Shown here: positions 28,533-39,045 of the stretch, in pieces
How positions within the stretch are numbered: position 1 is the stretch's first letter
Layout of the letters: every line of letters starts with the position of its first letter
Assembly (NCBI GenBank): GCA_964486045.1
Contig: CAZALK010000004.1
Location: forward strand, 160,001 to 224,000
Length of the DNA stretch: 64,000 bases
Origin: an uncultured archaeon
GTDB lineage: Archaea; Asgardarchaeota; Lokiarchaeia; Sigyniarchaeales; SOKP01
Direction: 5' to 3'
Notes under the pieces: model-generated
The model's database searches: none
What the model was told of the DNA's origin: nothing
What the model saw: only the letters and a program-made list of their open reading frames with translations
Program-made: the position numbers and the translations under genes

Positions 28533-30506
28533 TTATTCTAATTCTCTCGCAAAATTTTGAGCATCTTTAAGAGCTTCTTGAATATTTCGAGGGCTCTTAC
28601 AATCTCCAATAAGAACAATCTGAGGTGCGGCACCTTCAAATCTTTCTTTTAGTTTCTTCCCGTTCGAAATACGGGCTCCACTATAGATAAGAGTGTCAGC
28701 TTCAATGAATTGTTCTTCTCCACTCTTATCAAGAAATTTTATGCCATTTTCAGTGAAGTCTATTAGTTTTGCTTTTGGATAAATTGGAATACTTTTTTCT
28801 TTTAAATATCTAATTATCCAAAACCTCCTTGCCCCTGGAAGAACTTGCCCAACTACCGATTCTGGCCCAATAAAGGCTTTCACATTATATCCTTCTTCAA
28901 TAAAAGATAGAATCGTTTCAGCCCCCCCATGCCAATATCCGTTTAATCCCCAAAGGACTACATTCTTACCAATTGGTTTACTTTTTAAAATCGCTTCATC
29001 TTGCGTTAGCACATTTTGTTTTCCTTTCAAATTCACTGGAATTGTCGCTTCTGAGCCTGCAGCTAATACTAATATGTCAGGATTTAGGGTAACTATTTCC
29101 TCTTTCGTCAATTCTTTATTAAGATGGATAGGTACTCCTGCTTTTTCTAATTGAGCCTCTAAGTAATCGGAAGCTTTTTTAAAATCCTCTTTTTTGTATT
29201 CTAATGCAAGAAGGGGCATTAAACCTCCTTTTTTATCTGATTTTTCATAAATCTCCACTTCATGCCCTCTAAGATTCGCTATTCTTGCAGCTTCCATCCC
29301 AGCAATTCCCGCCCCTAATACAACTATCTTTTTGGTATCTGTTGAGGCTGTAAGTTCTGTAAAATTTTGACCACTAAAAGCATCTTGCGCACAAACACTT
29401 CCACATCCCACTAAACACCCGATACAGCATCTTATATCGTCATATTTACCTTCAAAAAATTTATTTGGTGTATCAGGATCACATATCAATTGACGGGCAA
29501 GGTAAATTATGTCTGCCTTCCCTTGTTGGATAAAGGCATCAGCCATTTTTGGATTGTTAATTCTCCCGACGCCTATTACAGGTATATTAACATTTTTCTT
29601 TATCGCTTCAGCATAGTGAATGAAACCACCATGATCGATGTATGTAGGAATTGTTATACCAAACGGTGTCCGATAAATAACTCCTTGCGTAACATCAATA
29701 CAATCTACTCCTCCTTTTTCCAAAATTTTGGCTATTTCAACCGTATCTTCAATTCGATTTCCATTATCAACAAGCTCATCGGCAGAAATCCTTACAAAAA
29801 TGGGATATTTATCACCGATTTTCTTCCTTACCTTACCAACAGTCTCAAGCAGGAAACGACAACGATTTTCATAAGACCCTCCGTATTGATCAGTCCTTTT
29901 GTTTAAATAGGGAGATAAAAATGTATGATACAATGAACCATGACATGAATGAATTTCTACATAATCAAATCCCGCCTCAACACCATTTTTGGCACCAGCT
30001 GCAAACATATCTCCTATTCTATCCATATCTTCGACACTCAACACCTTGACTTCAGGATTATCTTTTGCTACTTTTTCCTTCCACTCCGGAATTAATAACT
30101 GAGCTGCTGAAATTGTTTCATACAAATCAACTTTTGATGGACCTATAGGTTGCATGTAAAATCCTGCCGCTTTGTAAAAATAATAAGTTATTAATCCCCC
30201 GTCAACTATCTGTACTCCCGTTTTTACACCGTATTTGTGGATCACATCGGTCATTTTTCGGTAATCTGGAATATTGTCGACTATCCCAATATTCGAACCA
30301 GTCCCACCAATACCTTTAGGATCAACCCCCGTTCCTTCATAAGTAATTAATCCTACTCCTCCACGAGCGATTCCTTCATAATGATTAAAAGTCTTCTGAG
30401 TTGGGCGTCCTTGTTTATCAGATGAACCTGTTAGACATGGAGCAAACCCCAATCGGTTTTTGATTTCCATCCCTCTTATGGTAATGGGATCAGTAATTCT
30501 AGGCAT
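28533..30506 (-). CDS. OYE-family NADH:flavin oxidoreductase (tandem paralog)
   Basis: NKRTDQYGGSYENR, CIGCLVGCGSVC, GAGIAG, IGDC. Confidence 0.88.
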   Translation of the reverse strand: MPRITDPITIRGMEIKNRLGFAPCLTGSSDKQGRPTQKTFNHYEGIARGGVGLITYEGTGVDPKGIGGTGSNIGIVDNIPDYRKMTDVIHKYGVKTGVQIVDGGLITYYFYKAAGFYMQPIGPSKVDLYETISAAQLLIPEWKEKVAKDNPEVKVLSVEDMDRIGDMFAAGAKNGVEAGFDYVEIHSCHGSLYHTFLSPYLNKRTDQYGGSYENRCRFLLETVGKVRKKIGDKYPIFVRISADELVDNGNRIEDTVEIAKILEKGGVDCIDVTQGVIYRTPFGITIPTYIDHGGFIHYAEAIKKNVNIPVIGVGRINNPKMADAFIQQGKADIIYLARQLICDPDTPNKFFEGKYDDIRCCIGCLVGCGSVCAQDAFSGQNFTELTASTDTKKIVVLGAGIAGMEAARIANLRGHEVEIYEKSDKKGGLMPLLALEYKKEDFKKASDYLEAQLEKAGVPIHLNKELTKEEIVTLNPDILVLAAGSEATIPVNLKGKQNVLTQDEAILKSKPIGKNVVLWGLNGYWHGGAETILSFIEEGYNVKAFIGPESVVGQVLPGARRFWIIRYLKEKSIPIYPKAKLIDFTENGIKFLDKSGEEQFIEADTLIYSGARISNGKKLKERFEGAAPQIVLIGDCKSPRNIQEALKDAQNFARELE

Positions 30507-30575
30507 ATTTTTAATATCACCTTCTTTTGATTTTTGTAATTCGTAAAAATTAATAAAAAAATTGTAAAAAAAAAT

Positions 30576-31781
30576 TTAGCTTAAAGCTTGGTTTACTAAT
30601 TCTGTTAAATCTACCATTTTGATGGTTGAACCAAGAGCTGATATCGCGTCAGATAGGTTCCTATAGCAGAAAGGGCAAATACTCACTAAATAATCAGCGC
30701 CAGTTTCTTCAGCTTCCTGTACTCTACTCTTTGCAATCTCCAAAGCTAGTTCAGGAAAACCTTTCTTAACTCCTCCACCAGCACCACAACATTTGGCACT
30801 CTGTTTAATCGTTTTCATCTCTGTTAGATTCGCAATTTTCTTTAAGATCTCTCTTGGTTCTTCATAAACACCAATGTGTCGACCAGCATGGCACGGATCA
30901 TGGTATGTGACATTATAGCCTAAGTTCTTCAACTGTACATTCTTTTCTTTGATTAATTGATTTAAAAACTGAGCAGTATGTAGAACCTCAACTCCTAATT
31001 CTTCAAAACGATCAGCATAGTCTTTCTTTAAAGTTCTAAAACAACCTGAACAGCTTGTAACAATCTTTTTTACTCCACCCTTTTTAATGAGCTCATAATT
31101 TTTATTAGCAATCTCATTAAAGGCTTTTAGATCTCCTGTCCTCATTCCTACGCTTCCACAGCACACCTCATGCTCACCAAACACTGAAAAATCCACATCC
31201 AACTTTTTAAGAATTTGAGCAGTGTTAATAGCAACATTTTCTATATCTGGAGTTAATGCCGCAGTACATCCTACGAAAAATAGGTATTCTGCTTGCTCAT
31301 TATTAGCATCCTTGACTTTAAAATCAAGTTTTTCAATCCATTTACTTTTGAGTTTGTTATCTCTTTCATAAGGATTTAAAAGTTCAACCATTGCTTTATT
31401 CATAGGAACATGCGCTTCTAAACCACAACCCGCATCTACTAATTCCGCTCTTAATGCTTCAAACAACTCAACATTATCCATATCATAGGCACATGCTTCT
31501 GAGCAGGCGTTGCACGTTGGGCATTGGAAAATAACCTCACCCATTTCTTTGCTTAACTCCAGTTTGCCTTGCCATAAGGATCGAATTATCTGCATTTTTC
31601 CCCTTCCAAAATAAGGCTCAAATCCAGAAGTATGATCTCTGGAAACACATACACCCCATTTTGGTGGGTTAGCTGAAAAATCGGTTTGTTCTCTACAATC
31701 GCCACACGCAATACATTGCAAAACATTTGGACCAATTTCTGCCAAATGTTTAAATTTTACTTTTGGTTCAAATTCTGTCAT
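30576..31781 (-). CDS. Fe-S/CCG-domain oxidoreductase subunit (GlcF/HdrD-like)
   Basis: CIACGDC and CPTCNACSEAC; two CCG domains (EVCCG, YHDPCH, KCCGAGGG, SICPFC). Confidence 0.9.
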   Translation of the reverse strand: MTEFEPKVKFKHLAEIGPNVLQCIACGDCREQTDFSANPPKWGVCVSRDHTSGFEPYFGRGKMQIIRSLWQGKLELSKEMGEVIFQCPTCNACSEACAYDMDNVELFEALRAELVDAGCGLEAHVPMNKAMVELLNPYERDNKLKSKWIEKLDFKVKDANNEQAEYLFFVGCTAALTPDIENVAINTAQILKKLDVDFSVFGEHEVCCGSVGMRTGDLKAFNEIANKNYELIKKGGVKKIVTSCSGCFRTLKKDYADRFEELGVEVLHTAQFLNQLIKEKNVQLKNLGYNVTYHDPCHAGRHIGVYEEPREILKKIANLTEMKTIKQSAKCCGAGGGVKKGFPELALEIAKSRVQEAEETGADYLVSICPFCYRNLSDAISALGSTIKMVDLTELVNQALS

Positions 31782-31791
31782 ATTTTCTCAT

Positions 31792-33342
31792 TCACTCCTC
31801 ATCTTTTACTATATATTTTGAAATATCATCATCATAACTATGTAGGTGAAATTTATTAGGACTTAATAAAAAGTCTGGATCTACGGTCTTTTTCATGTCT
31901 TTAAAAAATTGACTAAATTCAGGGGTATACGCACCCGCTTCAACAACAGATTGCGAGATCGATTCTCCAAGCCAATAATGAGCTGCACCATATTTTACTT
32001 GGTATTGAATTTTCTTATGCCAGATAGCCATCTGCTTTTCTCGGGCTTCATCCTTGTTATCACCACCTAAACCTCCCAAAACTACAAAATTTCCGTTTGG
32101 TAAATAATATAACATCGCGGTGAACATTCCTGGAAAATTCCCAGTGGGAAATTCGTCTTTATGGGCTACATCAAAATTGATAACTTTTTGATGCACTTCT
32201 CCCATATTTGAGATTGGAATCTTATGGCATGTTACCATTGAGATCCTTGCTGGAGCTGGGGAAATATTTGCTTGAAAGAAATGAAAGGTCGCTTTTAAAT
32301 TATACCCGAATATTGTTGAATCATCGGATCCTTCTCTGATAGCTAAGCCAGATATAGATGTACATGCATCATCTTTTGTCATAATTTCTTCAAGTTTTTG
32401 GAGATAAGTATTTAGAATACTTTCCTCCGTTGCTTCCAATGTAATATTCATTACGGGACCTTTAATTCTAAGCTTTTTACCATCAGCAGTTTTAGTCTGA
32501 CCAGCAATCATCTGAGCTGCTATTGTTGGATATACAGATAGATCACGTAATCCATCAGTAATTTCAAATCTTATATCATGGGCTAATTTGGCAACTTTAC
32601 TGTAATCTTCTTTATTGAGGGCATACATCCTTGCAGCTTTAAAAGGGGGATCACGAAATAATCGTAGAGAAGCTTTCACTTTTACTCCAAGGGTCCCAAC
32701 ATCTCCTAAAAATAAACCTGAGAAATCTGGTGACACTCCATACCTACAAAAAGGCTTCGCATATTTGTTTGCCCATGATCCAGTCTTTATAATCGTCCCT
32801 TCAGGATTCGGAAGTACGACTTCAAGCCCAAGACAAATATCTGGAACGAGCCCGTACTTAGTAGAGCCCCCACCGGCAGTACTGTTTGAAAGCCCTCCCC
32901 CTATGGTCGCTGCGTAACCACTCCCAGGCCCGATCACACCTGTAGTATAGCCGAGAGGATGTAACGCTGAGATTAACGCGCCCCAAGTAACTCCACACTC
33001 AACCACTACATAGTAATCATCCGTATTGATTTCAATAATCTTGTTCATTCGGGTTAAGTCAAGGAGGATTCCACTATCTGTCACAGAACCACCAACCAAG
33101 TCTGCTCCGCCCCCTCGCGGTACGATCCGCAGTTTGTACTTATTTGCTACTTTGACAATTTCAGACACTTCTTCTGGAGTCTCGGGGCGTACAATTATAT
33201 CAGCCCATCTATCTGGGAACGCAGGATCAACATTCCGAGAATATGCTGCCTTCATAAAATCTTTATCAGTAACAAAGTCCGATCCTAATACGTCCTCTAT
33301 TTCTTTGTAAGCTTCTTTTACCTTAGACACATTTTTCACCAT
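31792..33342 (-). CDS. FAD-binding oxidoreductase (GlcD/VAO-PCMH superfamily), paralog A
   Basis: PRGGGADLVGG, ATIGG, GLEVVLP, C-terminal DPDFLLSPNK; 10 bp downstream lies the Fe-S subunit. Confidence 0.88.
   Translation of the reverse strand: MVKNVSKVKEAYKEIEDVLGSDFVTDKDFMKAAYSRNVDPAFPDRWADIIVRPETPEEVSEIVKVANKYKLRIVPRGGGADLVGGSVTDSGILLDLTRMNKIIEINTDDYYVVVECGVTWGALISALHPLGYTTGVIGPGSGYAATIGGGLSNSTAGGGSTKYGLVPDICLGLEVVLPNPEGTIIKTGSWANKYAKPFCRYGVSPDFSGLFLGDVGTLGVKVKASLRLFRDPPFKAARMYALNKEDYSKVAKLAHDIRFEITDGLRDLSVYPTIAAQMIAGQTKTADGKKLRIKGPVMNITLEATEESILNTYLQKLEEIMTKDDACTSISGLAIREGSDDSTIFGYNLKATFHFFQANISPAPARISMVTCHKIPISNMGEVHQKVINFDVAHKDEFPTGNFPGMFTAMLYYLPNGNFVVLGGLGGDNKDEAREKQMAIWHKKIQYQVKYGAAHYWLGESISQSVVEAGAYTPEFSQFFKDMKKTVDPDFLLSPNKFHLHSYDDDISKYIVKDEE
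32655..32844. repeat. 190-bp perfect inverted repeat, left copy (partner 45140..45329)
   Basis: Base-by-base reverse-complement identity, including synonymous positions. Confidence 0.95.
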
Positions 33343-33530
33343 ATATTATTTTAGAAATATAAGAAATTTCATCTTTTAAATAAATAAAAGTTTACTTATT
33401 AGATTAACCATTTAGTCAAAGTTGATATTCATTTAAAAAGCTATTCGTTTTCCAAATCTGGAATTAGATATTCTCAGCTATTCTGAAATCTATAAACGAA
33501 AAATAATTAAAAAAAATATTATTGATTATT

Positions 33531-35024
33531 TTAATCTGGTTCTGTATAATAATCTGCGAATTTTGAATCGTAAGTATGAAGATGAAATTTGTTAGGGCTC
33601 AATAAGAAGTTTGGGTCAACTGTTTTCTTCATGTCTCTAAAAAATTGCTCGTACTCGGGTGTGTACGCTCCTGCTTCAGTAACTGCTTGTGAGATGGATT
33701 CCCCTAACCAATAATGTGCTCCACCGTATCGGACCTGCGTTCTGATTTTTGAATGCCATAGCTCCATATTCCTTTCCCTCATTTCATCAACATTATCTCC
33801 CACTACACCTCCTAGCACAACCATATTTCCATTAGGTAAGAGGTATTGCGTAGCTTCAAATATTCCTTTCGTCACGGCGCCTGGTATGTCATCTGCATGC
33901 CTATTATTCCAATCGACGTTTTCGTCATGAATTTTGCCCAAAGTTGAGATAGGGACCTTGTGACAGGTGGCCATAGCGATTTTACCCGGCACTGGGGAAA
34001 TTCCTGCTTGAAAATAGTGAAAAGCCGCTTTCAAATTAGGTTTAACGTTAGCGCCAGGGGCGGCAGGAACCATAACTGTGTCCTCTTTCATGATTTCTTC
34101 AAGTGTTTTAAGGTACATCTCAAGGATCTCTATTTCCATAGCCTCTAGTGTAACCGTTACCCCTGGGCCTTTAGTATCTTTAAATTGTGGGACATTTTTA
34201 AATTGTGCAAAGTAAAACGGTGGAAATGAGCTTAAACCAAGTAGACCATCAGGGATTTCGTACCTAATTTTTTTAGCTAATAAATAGACCTTGTTATAAT
34301 CATAATCTTTGAGGATAAAAACCCGATTGGCTTTATAGGGATGTTCGCGATATATTCGCATGGAGGCCTTGCACTTAATTCCCATTACACCAACATCACC
34401 TAAAAACATTCCCGAGAAATCTGGTGATACACCATACCTACAGAAAGGTTGCGCATACTTGTTTGCCCATGATCCGGTCCTTATAATTGTTCCTTCTGGA
34501 TTTGGAAGTACTACTTCAAGACCGAGACAATTATCAGGAACAAGACCATACTTAGTAGAACCCCCACCTGCGGTACTGTTTGAAAGCCCACCACCAATAG
34601 TCGCAGAGAATCCGCTTCCGGGCCCAGTAACACCTGTAGTGTATCCTTGAGGGACTATTTGAGAAAGTAAATCCCCCCACGTAATTCCCACTCCAACTAT
34701 TATATAATAATCGTCTTTGTTAAATTCTTCAATCTTATTGAAACGAGTCATGTCTATTAAAATCCCTTCTTCTGTCGTAGAACCACCGACCAAATCAGCC
34801 CCGCCCCCGCGAGGAACAATTCTTAGTTTATACTTATTTGCAACTTTTACGATTTCAGATACTTCTTCAGTAGTTTCCGGTCTTACGATAATGTCCGCCC
34901 AACGGTCGGGGAAAGCGGGATCTACATTTCGAGAATAAGCAGCCTTCATGAAATCTTTATCAGAAACATAATCTTCTCCAACAACACTTTCAATCTCAGA
35001 ATAGGCTTCTTTTACTTTTGACAT
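33531..35024 (-). CDS. FAD-binding oxidoreductase, paralog C
   Basis: Same motifs as 31792..33342; HYWLGES near the C-terminus. Confidence 0.88.
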   Translation of the reverse strand: MSKVKEAYSEIESVVGEDYVSDKDFMKAAYSRNVDPAFPDRWADIIVRPETTEEVSEIVKVANKYKLRIVPRGGGADLVGGSTTEEGILIDMTRFNKIEEFNKDDYYIIVGVGITWGDLLSQIVPQGYTTGVTGPGSGFSATIGGGLSNSTAGGGSTKYGLVPDNCLGLEVVLPNPEGTIIRTGSWANKYAQPFCRYGVSPDFSGMFLGDVGVMGIKCKASMRIYREHPYKANRVFILKDYDYNKVYLLAKKIRYEIPDGLLGLSSFPPFYFAQFKNVPQFKDTKGPGVTVTLEAMEIEILEMYLKTLEEIMKEDTVMVPAAPGANVKPNLKAAFHYFQAGISPVPGKIAMATCHKVPISTLGKIHDENVDWNNRHADDIPGAVTKGIFEATQYLLPNGNMVVLGGVVGDNVDEMRERNMELWHSKIRTQVRYGGAHYWLGESISQAVTEAGAYTPEYEQFFRDMKKTVDPNFLLSPNKFHLHTYDSKFADYYTEPD

Positions 35025-35223
35025 TTTATCACTTTTTTGATATTTAATTTTCTTAATTTTCTTGTAATGATCGTTTGAATTTAATTATTTCTCATTCTTC
35101 TTCTTGATTATGAAATCGATAACACACTTAACCAGAGCTTTTAAATTAATTAAAATCTTGAGTTTAAATATTATGGATTAGATGTGAAGGTGGTGTGATT
35201 TATTTTAATTCAATTCAACCTCA

Positions 35224-35595
35224 AATAATAACTACGCAGATGCCTATTTAGTAAGAACATTTCTTGAAATGAATCAAATTCCCATAATTCCCGTCGATAT
35301 TTCATTAGAATTGCCAAAATTTAGGGATCCTGGTGAGACAAGCTGTTATATCTTAGCAGAATCAGAAGGTCTATGTATCAGCTCAGATATTCGCGCAATA
35401 AAAAAATTTAATAATTTTCAGATCCCTTGTATCCAATTAGATACATTCTTTTACAAACAATTTTTAAATAAGAAGATAAGAAGAAATAAATTTACTAGTA
35501 TTCTAGGAGATCTTAAAAACGTAAATGGTACATCAGCTAATAGGATATCAATTTTTTTAGAATTAATTTCACAAGGAGGAATAAAAGATGAGTAA
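35224..35595 (+). pseudogene. 5'-truncated PIN-domain (DUF3368-like) protein
   Basis: Frame upstream of 35269 reads NNYADAYLVRTFLEMNQI, matching the middle of 53360..53857; DPGE and SSD motifs present, N-terminal PIN strand missing. Confidence 0.65.
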
Positions 35596-35902
35596 AACCA
35601 TAAGCACAAGAATAGATGATGAATATGTTAAAAAATTAGAAGAAATAGCAAAAAGAGAACATATCGACCGTTCTGCATTAATAAGAAAATTTATTCTGCA
35701 AATGTTAAAAGAATATGAGCTTAAACGGATGGCAGAATTATATCGTAAGGGCATTGTTAGTCTCCAAGAGGCTGCAACACAGGCAAAACTATCGCTATAT
35801 GAAATAATGGAATATGTTAAAAAGGAAAATATTCACCCTCCAGACCAAACTAAAGAGGAAATTCTCTTTGAAATTGAAAAATCCAAAAATTATGATGTAT
35901 AA
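35588..35902 (+). CDS. UPF0175-family antitoxin with N-terminal RHH
   Basis: TISTRID..DRSALIRK; LYRKGIVSLQEAA. Confidence 0.85.
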   Translation: MSKTISTRIDDEYVKKLEEIAKREHIDRSALIRKFILQMLKEYELKRMAELYRKGIVSLQEAATQAKLSLYEIMEYVKKENIHPPDQTKEEILFEIEKSKNYDV

Positions 35903-36042
35903 TTTCATTTATGATAGTGAAAATACTTTACCATTCATTTAGATCAGAGAAATAGGTCAGGAAATTTAATAACAAAACTTTACTAAAATAATCCCAAGGT
36001 AAAGGAATTTGAAAAAAAAATTGGTAGATAGTTATTAATATG

Positions 36043-36072
36043 TATATTCACATATATTCACATATATTCACA
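36043..36072 (+). repeat. Three tandem copies of TATATTCACA upstream of an antitoxin gene
   Basis: Exact 10-bp unit at 36043, 36053 and 36063. Confidence 0.85.
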
Positions 36073-36102
36073 TAACTAACAAATCAACAAATTAAGATTA
36101 AA

Positions 36103-36327
36103 ATGGCAAATTTAACTTTATCAATTCCCAATGAATTAAAAAAAATGATGGAAAATTTTCCAGAAATTAATTGGTCTGAAGTAGCAAGAGATTCAATAAA
36201 AAAAAAAATAGCACAATTAAATTTTATAAAAGGTTTCCAACTCGATAGTGAAATATCTCCTGAAGAAGCTTTAAATCTTGGAAGAGAAATAAGTGAACTC
36301 TTACTAAAACATTATAAGAGTGAGTGA
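36103..36327 (+). CDS. RHH-type antitoxin
   Basis: NLTLSIP..LK..M..FPEINWSEVAR; precedes a PIN gene. Confidence 0.8.
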   Translation: MANLTLSIPNELKKMMENFPEINWSEVARDSIKKKIAQLNFIKGFQLDSEISPEEALNLGREISELLLKHYKSE

Positions 36328-36330
36328 AAA

Positions 36331-36750
36331 ATGAAATTAGTTGTTGATGCTAATATTCTTTTTGCTGCTTTAATAAAAGAGGGATCAACAGCTGAGCTCT
36401 TAATTAGCGATAAATTACAGCTTTTTGCCCCCGAATTCTTATTTACGGAATTTATTAAATATGAAGAACTTATTCTTAAGAAAACTCATCGTTCCCGTGA
36501 AGAATTCAAATAGTTTTTAGAATTATTAAAAGAACAGATTACCATTATTCCAAAAAAGGATATAACCTCTTTTATAGATAAAGCCGAAAAAATCTCTCCC
36601 GATCCCAAAGATACAGTATATTTAGCTCTTGCTTTCGCACTTAAATCTAATATCTGGTCGAACGATAAAAGGTAAAAGCAACGTCAAGTAAAAATAACTG
36701 TATTCTCAACAGTAGAATTAATTCATAAAACCAGTTTATTAAAAACCTAG
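36331..36750 (+). pseudogene. PIN/VapC toxin with two in-frame stops
   Basis: MKLVVDANIL; reading through TAG (36511) gives PDPKDTVYLALA..IWSNDKR, then a TAA, then KQRQVKITVFSTVEL to the TAG at 36748-36750. Confidence 0.85.
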
Positions 36751-36931
36751 ATAGATATAGCATTATTAAAATATGAGAAATTACAAGAATATGGATGGTA
36801 TTAAATTGAAGCTATTAAAGAGTGGTTTAAGAAATATTCAAAAAAGCTGATAATTTTTATTAAACTACTTTAAGATCTCCTAATGAAAAGTGTATATTTT
36901 CCTTCTATTCATTCAGAAAAAGGTCACAGAC

Positions 36932-37180
36932 TTAATTAGTTTTAATATTAAGTGTCAATAGTGGGTTTTTACTCGTAAATATCTCTGTTATAAAACCTTC
37001 AAGGAAAGGAAAATTCTTTAATTCAATAACTTGGCTCGTTTCAGAAAACCTATCAAGAGTTTGCATTATTGAAGGAATATTTTGGAGGCGTTCGATAAAA
37101 TATCCCAACTTCTTTTTTGCCACGTATGTTTGACCTTTATATAAATAACAGATTGAGAACTTTGAAATAGTTTCGATTAA
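36932..37180 (-). pseudogene. 3' relic of a longin-like domain gene
   Basis: LIETISKFSICYLYKGQTYVAKKKL...QTLDRFSETSQVIELK aligns with the C-terminus of 39762..40673. Confidence 0.8.
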
Positions 37181-37213
37181 ATATTATGATTTTTAACCAA
37201 CCAATCCAACTCT

Positions 37214-38167
37214 TCAAGAAGGGGTGTTCCGTTTCAACCAATCTAGCAAGAAAACATTCACTTCATTAGACTTTTCCTGTTGAATCCAATGTCCGCAGTC
37301 TAACGTAATGCTTTCTAGATTCGGGATATAGTTCGAAACATCACCACCTTTAGCTACAATGTCGTGGTTACCATATATCATTGCACAGGGAACATCAATG
37401 TGTTGAATAAGTTCAGCCGAGTTCTCCCAGTTTCGAGTGATGTTTCGATACCAGTTGATCGGTCCTGTAAAACCGCCTTTAATGAATGCAGAAACAAACA
37501 CGTCCATTTCCTCTTCCGACATAAGAGGTTCACCCGGAGGATCCAACATCTCAAGTATATTCATCAGAGACACAACGGGAGCAGGGTCACCTGTTGAGGG
37601 TAGTGTAGTTTGATTTACCCATTGTCGTTGACGGAATATATTATTGAAAAAGCGTTTTGGTTTGGCTGCAAAAGCAGCATCGGCTACACCGGGTTGTCGG
37701 TTGAAATGAACAATATAATTTTCCGGACCAAGGAACTGCTCTAACGCGGAGATGGGTTCAAAATTTCCTCGAGGGAAAAAAGGTACACTCATTCCAACCA
37801 CACCCGCAACCCTTTTGGGGTGCATAAGCGGCATATTCCAGACAACCATGGATCCCCAGTCATGTCCGATGAAGATCGCTTTTTCTATGTCGAGGGTATC
37901 CATCAACCCAATTAAGTCACCACAAAGATGACGCATATCGTATGCTTCTACGGGTTCAGGTTTGTCTGTCTCTCCATATCCCCGCTGATTCGGTACAATA
38001 ACCCGGAATCCTGCTTCAGCCAGTACGGGAATCTGAAATCGCCAAGAATAGGCGAGTTCAGGAAATCCATGTGCTAAAATTAATGGAAATCCTTCTCCTT
38101 GCTCAAAGATTTCTATATTGATCTCGTTGACACGAAGAATCCTCGGTTCGGGAAATTTAATATCCAT
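37214..38167 (-). CDS. Epoxide hydrolase-like alpha/beta hydrolase
   Basis: HGFPELAYSW, RGYGET, GHDWG, NWYRN, GHWIQQE. Confidence 0.9.
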   Translation of the reverse strand: MDIKFPEPRILRVNEINIEIFEQGEGFPLILAHGFPELAYSWRFQIPVLAEAGFRVIVPNQRGYGETDKPEPVEAYDMRHLCGDLIGLMDTLDIEKAIFIGHDWGSMVVWNMPLMHPKRVAGVVGMSVPFFPRGNFEPISALEQFLGPENYIVHFNRQPGVADAAFAAKPKRFFNNIFRQRQWVNQTTLPSTGDPAPVVSLMNILEMLDPPGEPLMSEEEMDVFVSAFIKGGFTGPINWYRNITRNWENSAELIQHIDVPCAMIYGNHDIVAKGGDVSNYIPNLESITLDCGHWIQQEKSNEVNVFLLDWLKRNTPS

Positions 38168-38466
38168 TTTTCTTAATCCTCCTTTTACATGAAGTTTTGA
38201 TTTTTAGTAATGATTATTTCATTCTTTTTCATAATAAATTAAATTATTTAAGCCTTTACTCTAACGAGTTAAGGTAATTTTATAAAACCTGACAAAAAAC
38301 TATAAAATTATTAATATTTATTGACTTTTTACTTAAATAATTTAAAACAAATTCTATTTTAGAATTTAATAATTATTGTTTTATTCTATTTGTGTTTTAA
38401 ATTTTTTAAATTGAATGAAATCGAAAAATTAAAAAAATGAAATGAAAAAAATAGGAGCCAAGAAAA

Positions 38467-39045
38467 ATGAGTGTAACAATTTTGAACGGAAGCAGAAATG
38501 ATCTGGAGCAAACAATGGTTGTTAATAAGATACTTGAGCAAGAATTCGAAAATGCAGGGTTGAAACCAGAATCAATAATTCTCCGAAATATTGAAGATCT
38601 AAAGCATTGCGTGGGATGTTTTAGATGCTGGGACGAGACACCCGGTATATGTATTATCCCCGGTCCACATCGGGAAATAAATCAAAAGATTATCAATAGC
38701 GATCTATTAGTTTACTTGACACCTTTGACATTCGGCGGATACTCATCGGAGATCAAAAAAATGATTGAATTTCAACTTGGGCTTCTACTTCCTGATATGA
38801 CCTTGAGCAGTGGTGAAACACACCATAAAAAAAGATACAAAAAATATCCATCCGTACTTGCAATAGCAACAACCGAAAATCAAGATGAGGAAGAGGAACG
38901 GATGTTTAAAAATCTTATCGACCGCCATGCACTTAACTGGTATCCCCCAGAGCACAGAGCTGTTATAATTCATGCGAAAGAAAATGAAAAGTCCATTCAA
39001 GATCGGCTTAAACGCATCATTGAAGAAATGGAGTTGAGAAAATGA
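38467..39045 (+). CDS. Flavodoxin-fold / iron-sulfur flavoprotein-like protein
   Basis: LNGS, CVGCFRCW...C, TPLTFGGYS. Confidence 0.82.
   Translation: MSVTILNGSRNDLEQTMVVNKILEQEFENAGLKPESIILRNIEDLKHCVGCFRCWDETPGICIIPGPHREINQKIINSDLLVYLTPLTFGGYSSEIKKMIEFQLGLLLPDMTLSSGETHHKKRYKKYPSVLAIATTENQDEEEERMFKNLIDRHALNWYPPEHRAVIIHAKENEKSIQDRLKRIIEEMELRK

Noticed and set aside
36511-36513. TAG readthrough in the PIN gene
   Set aside because: A second in-frame TAA follows, so pseudogenisation is the simpler explanation
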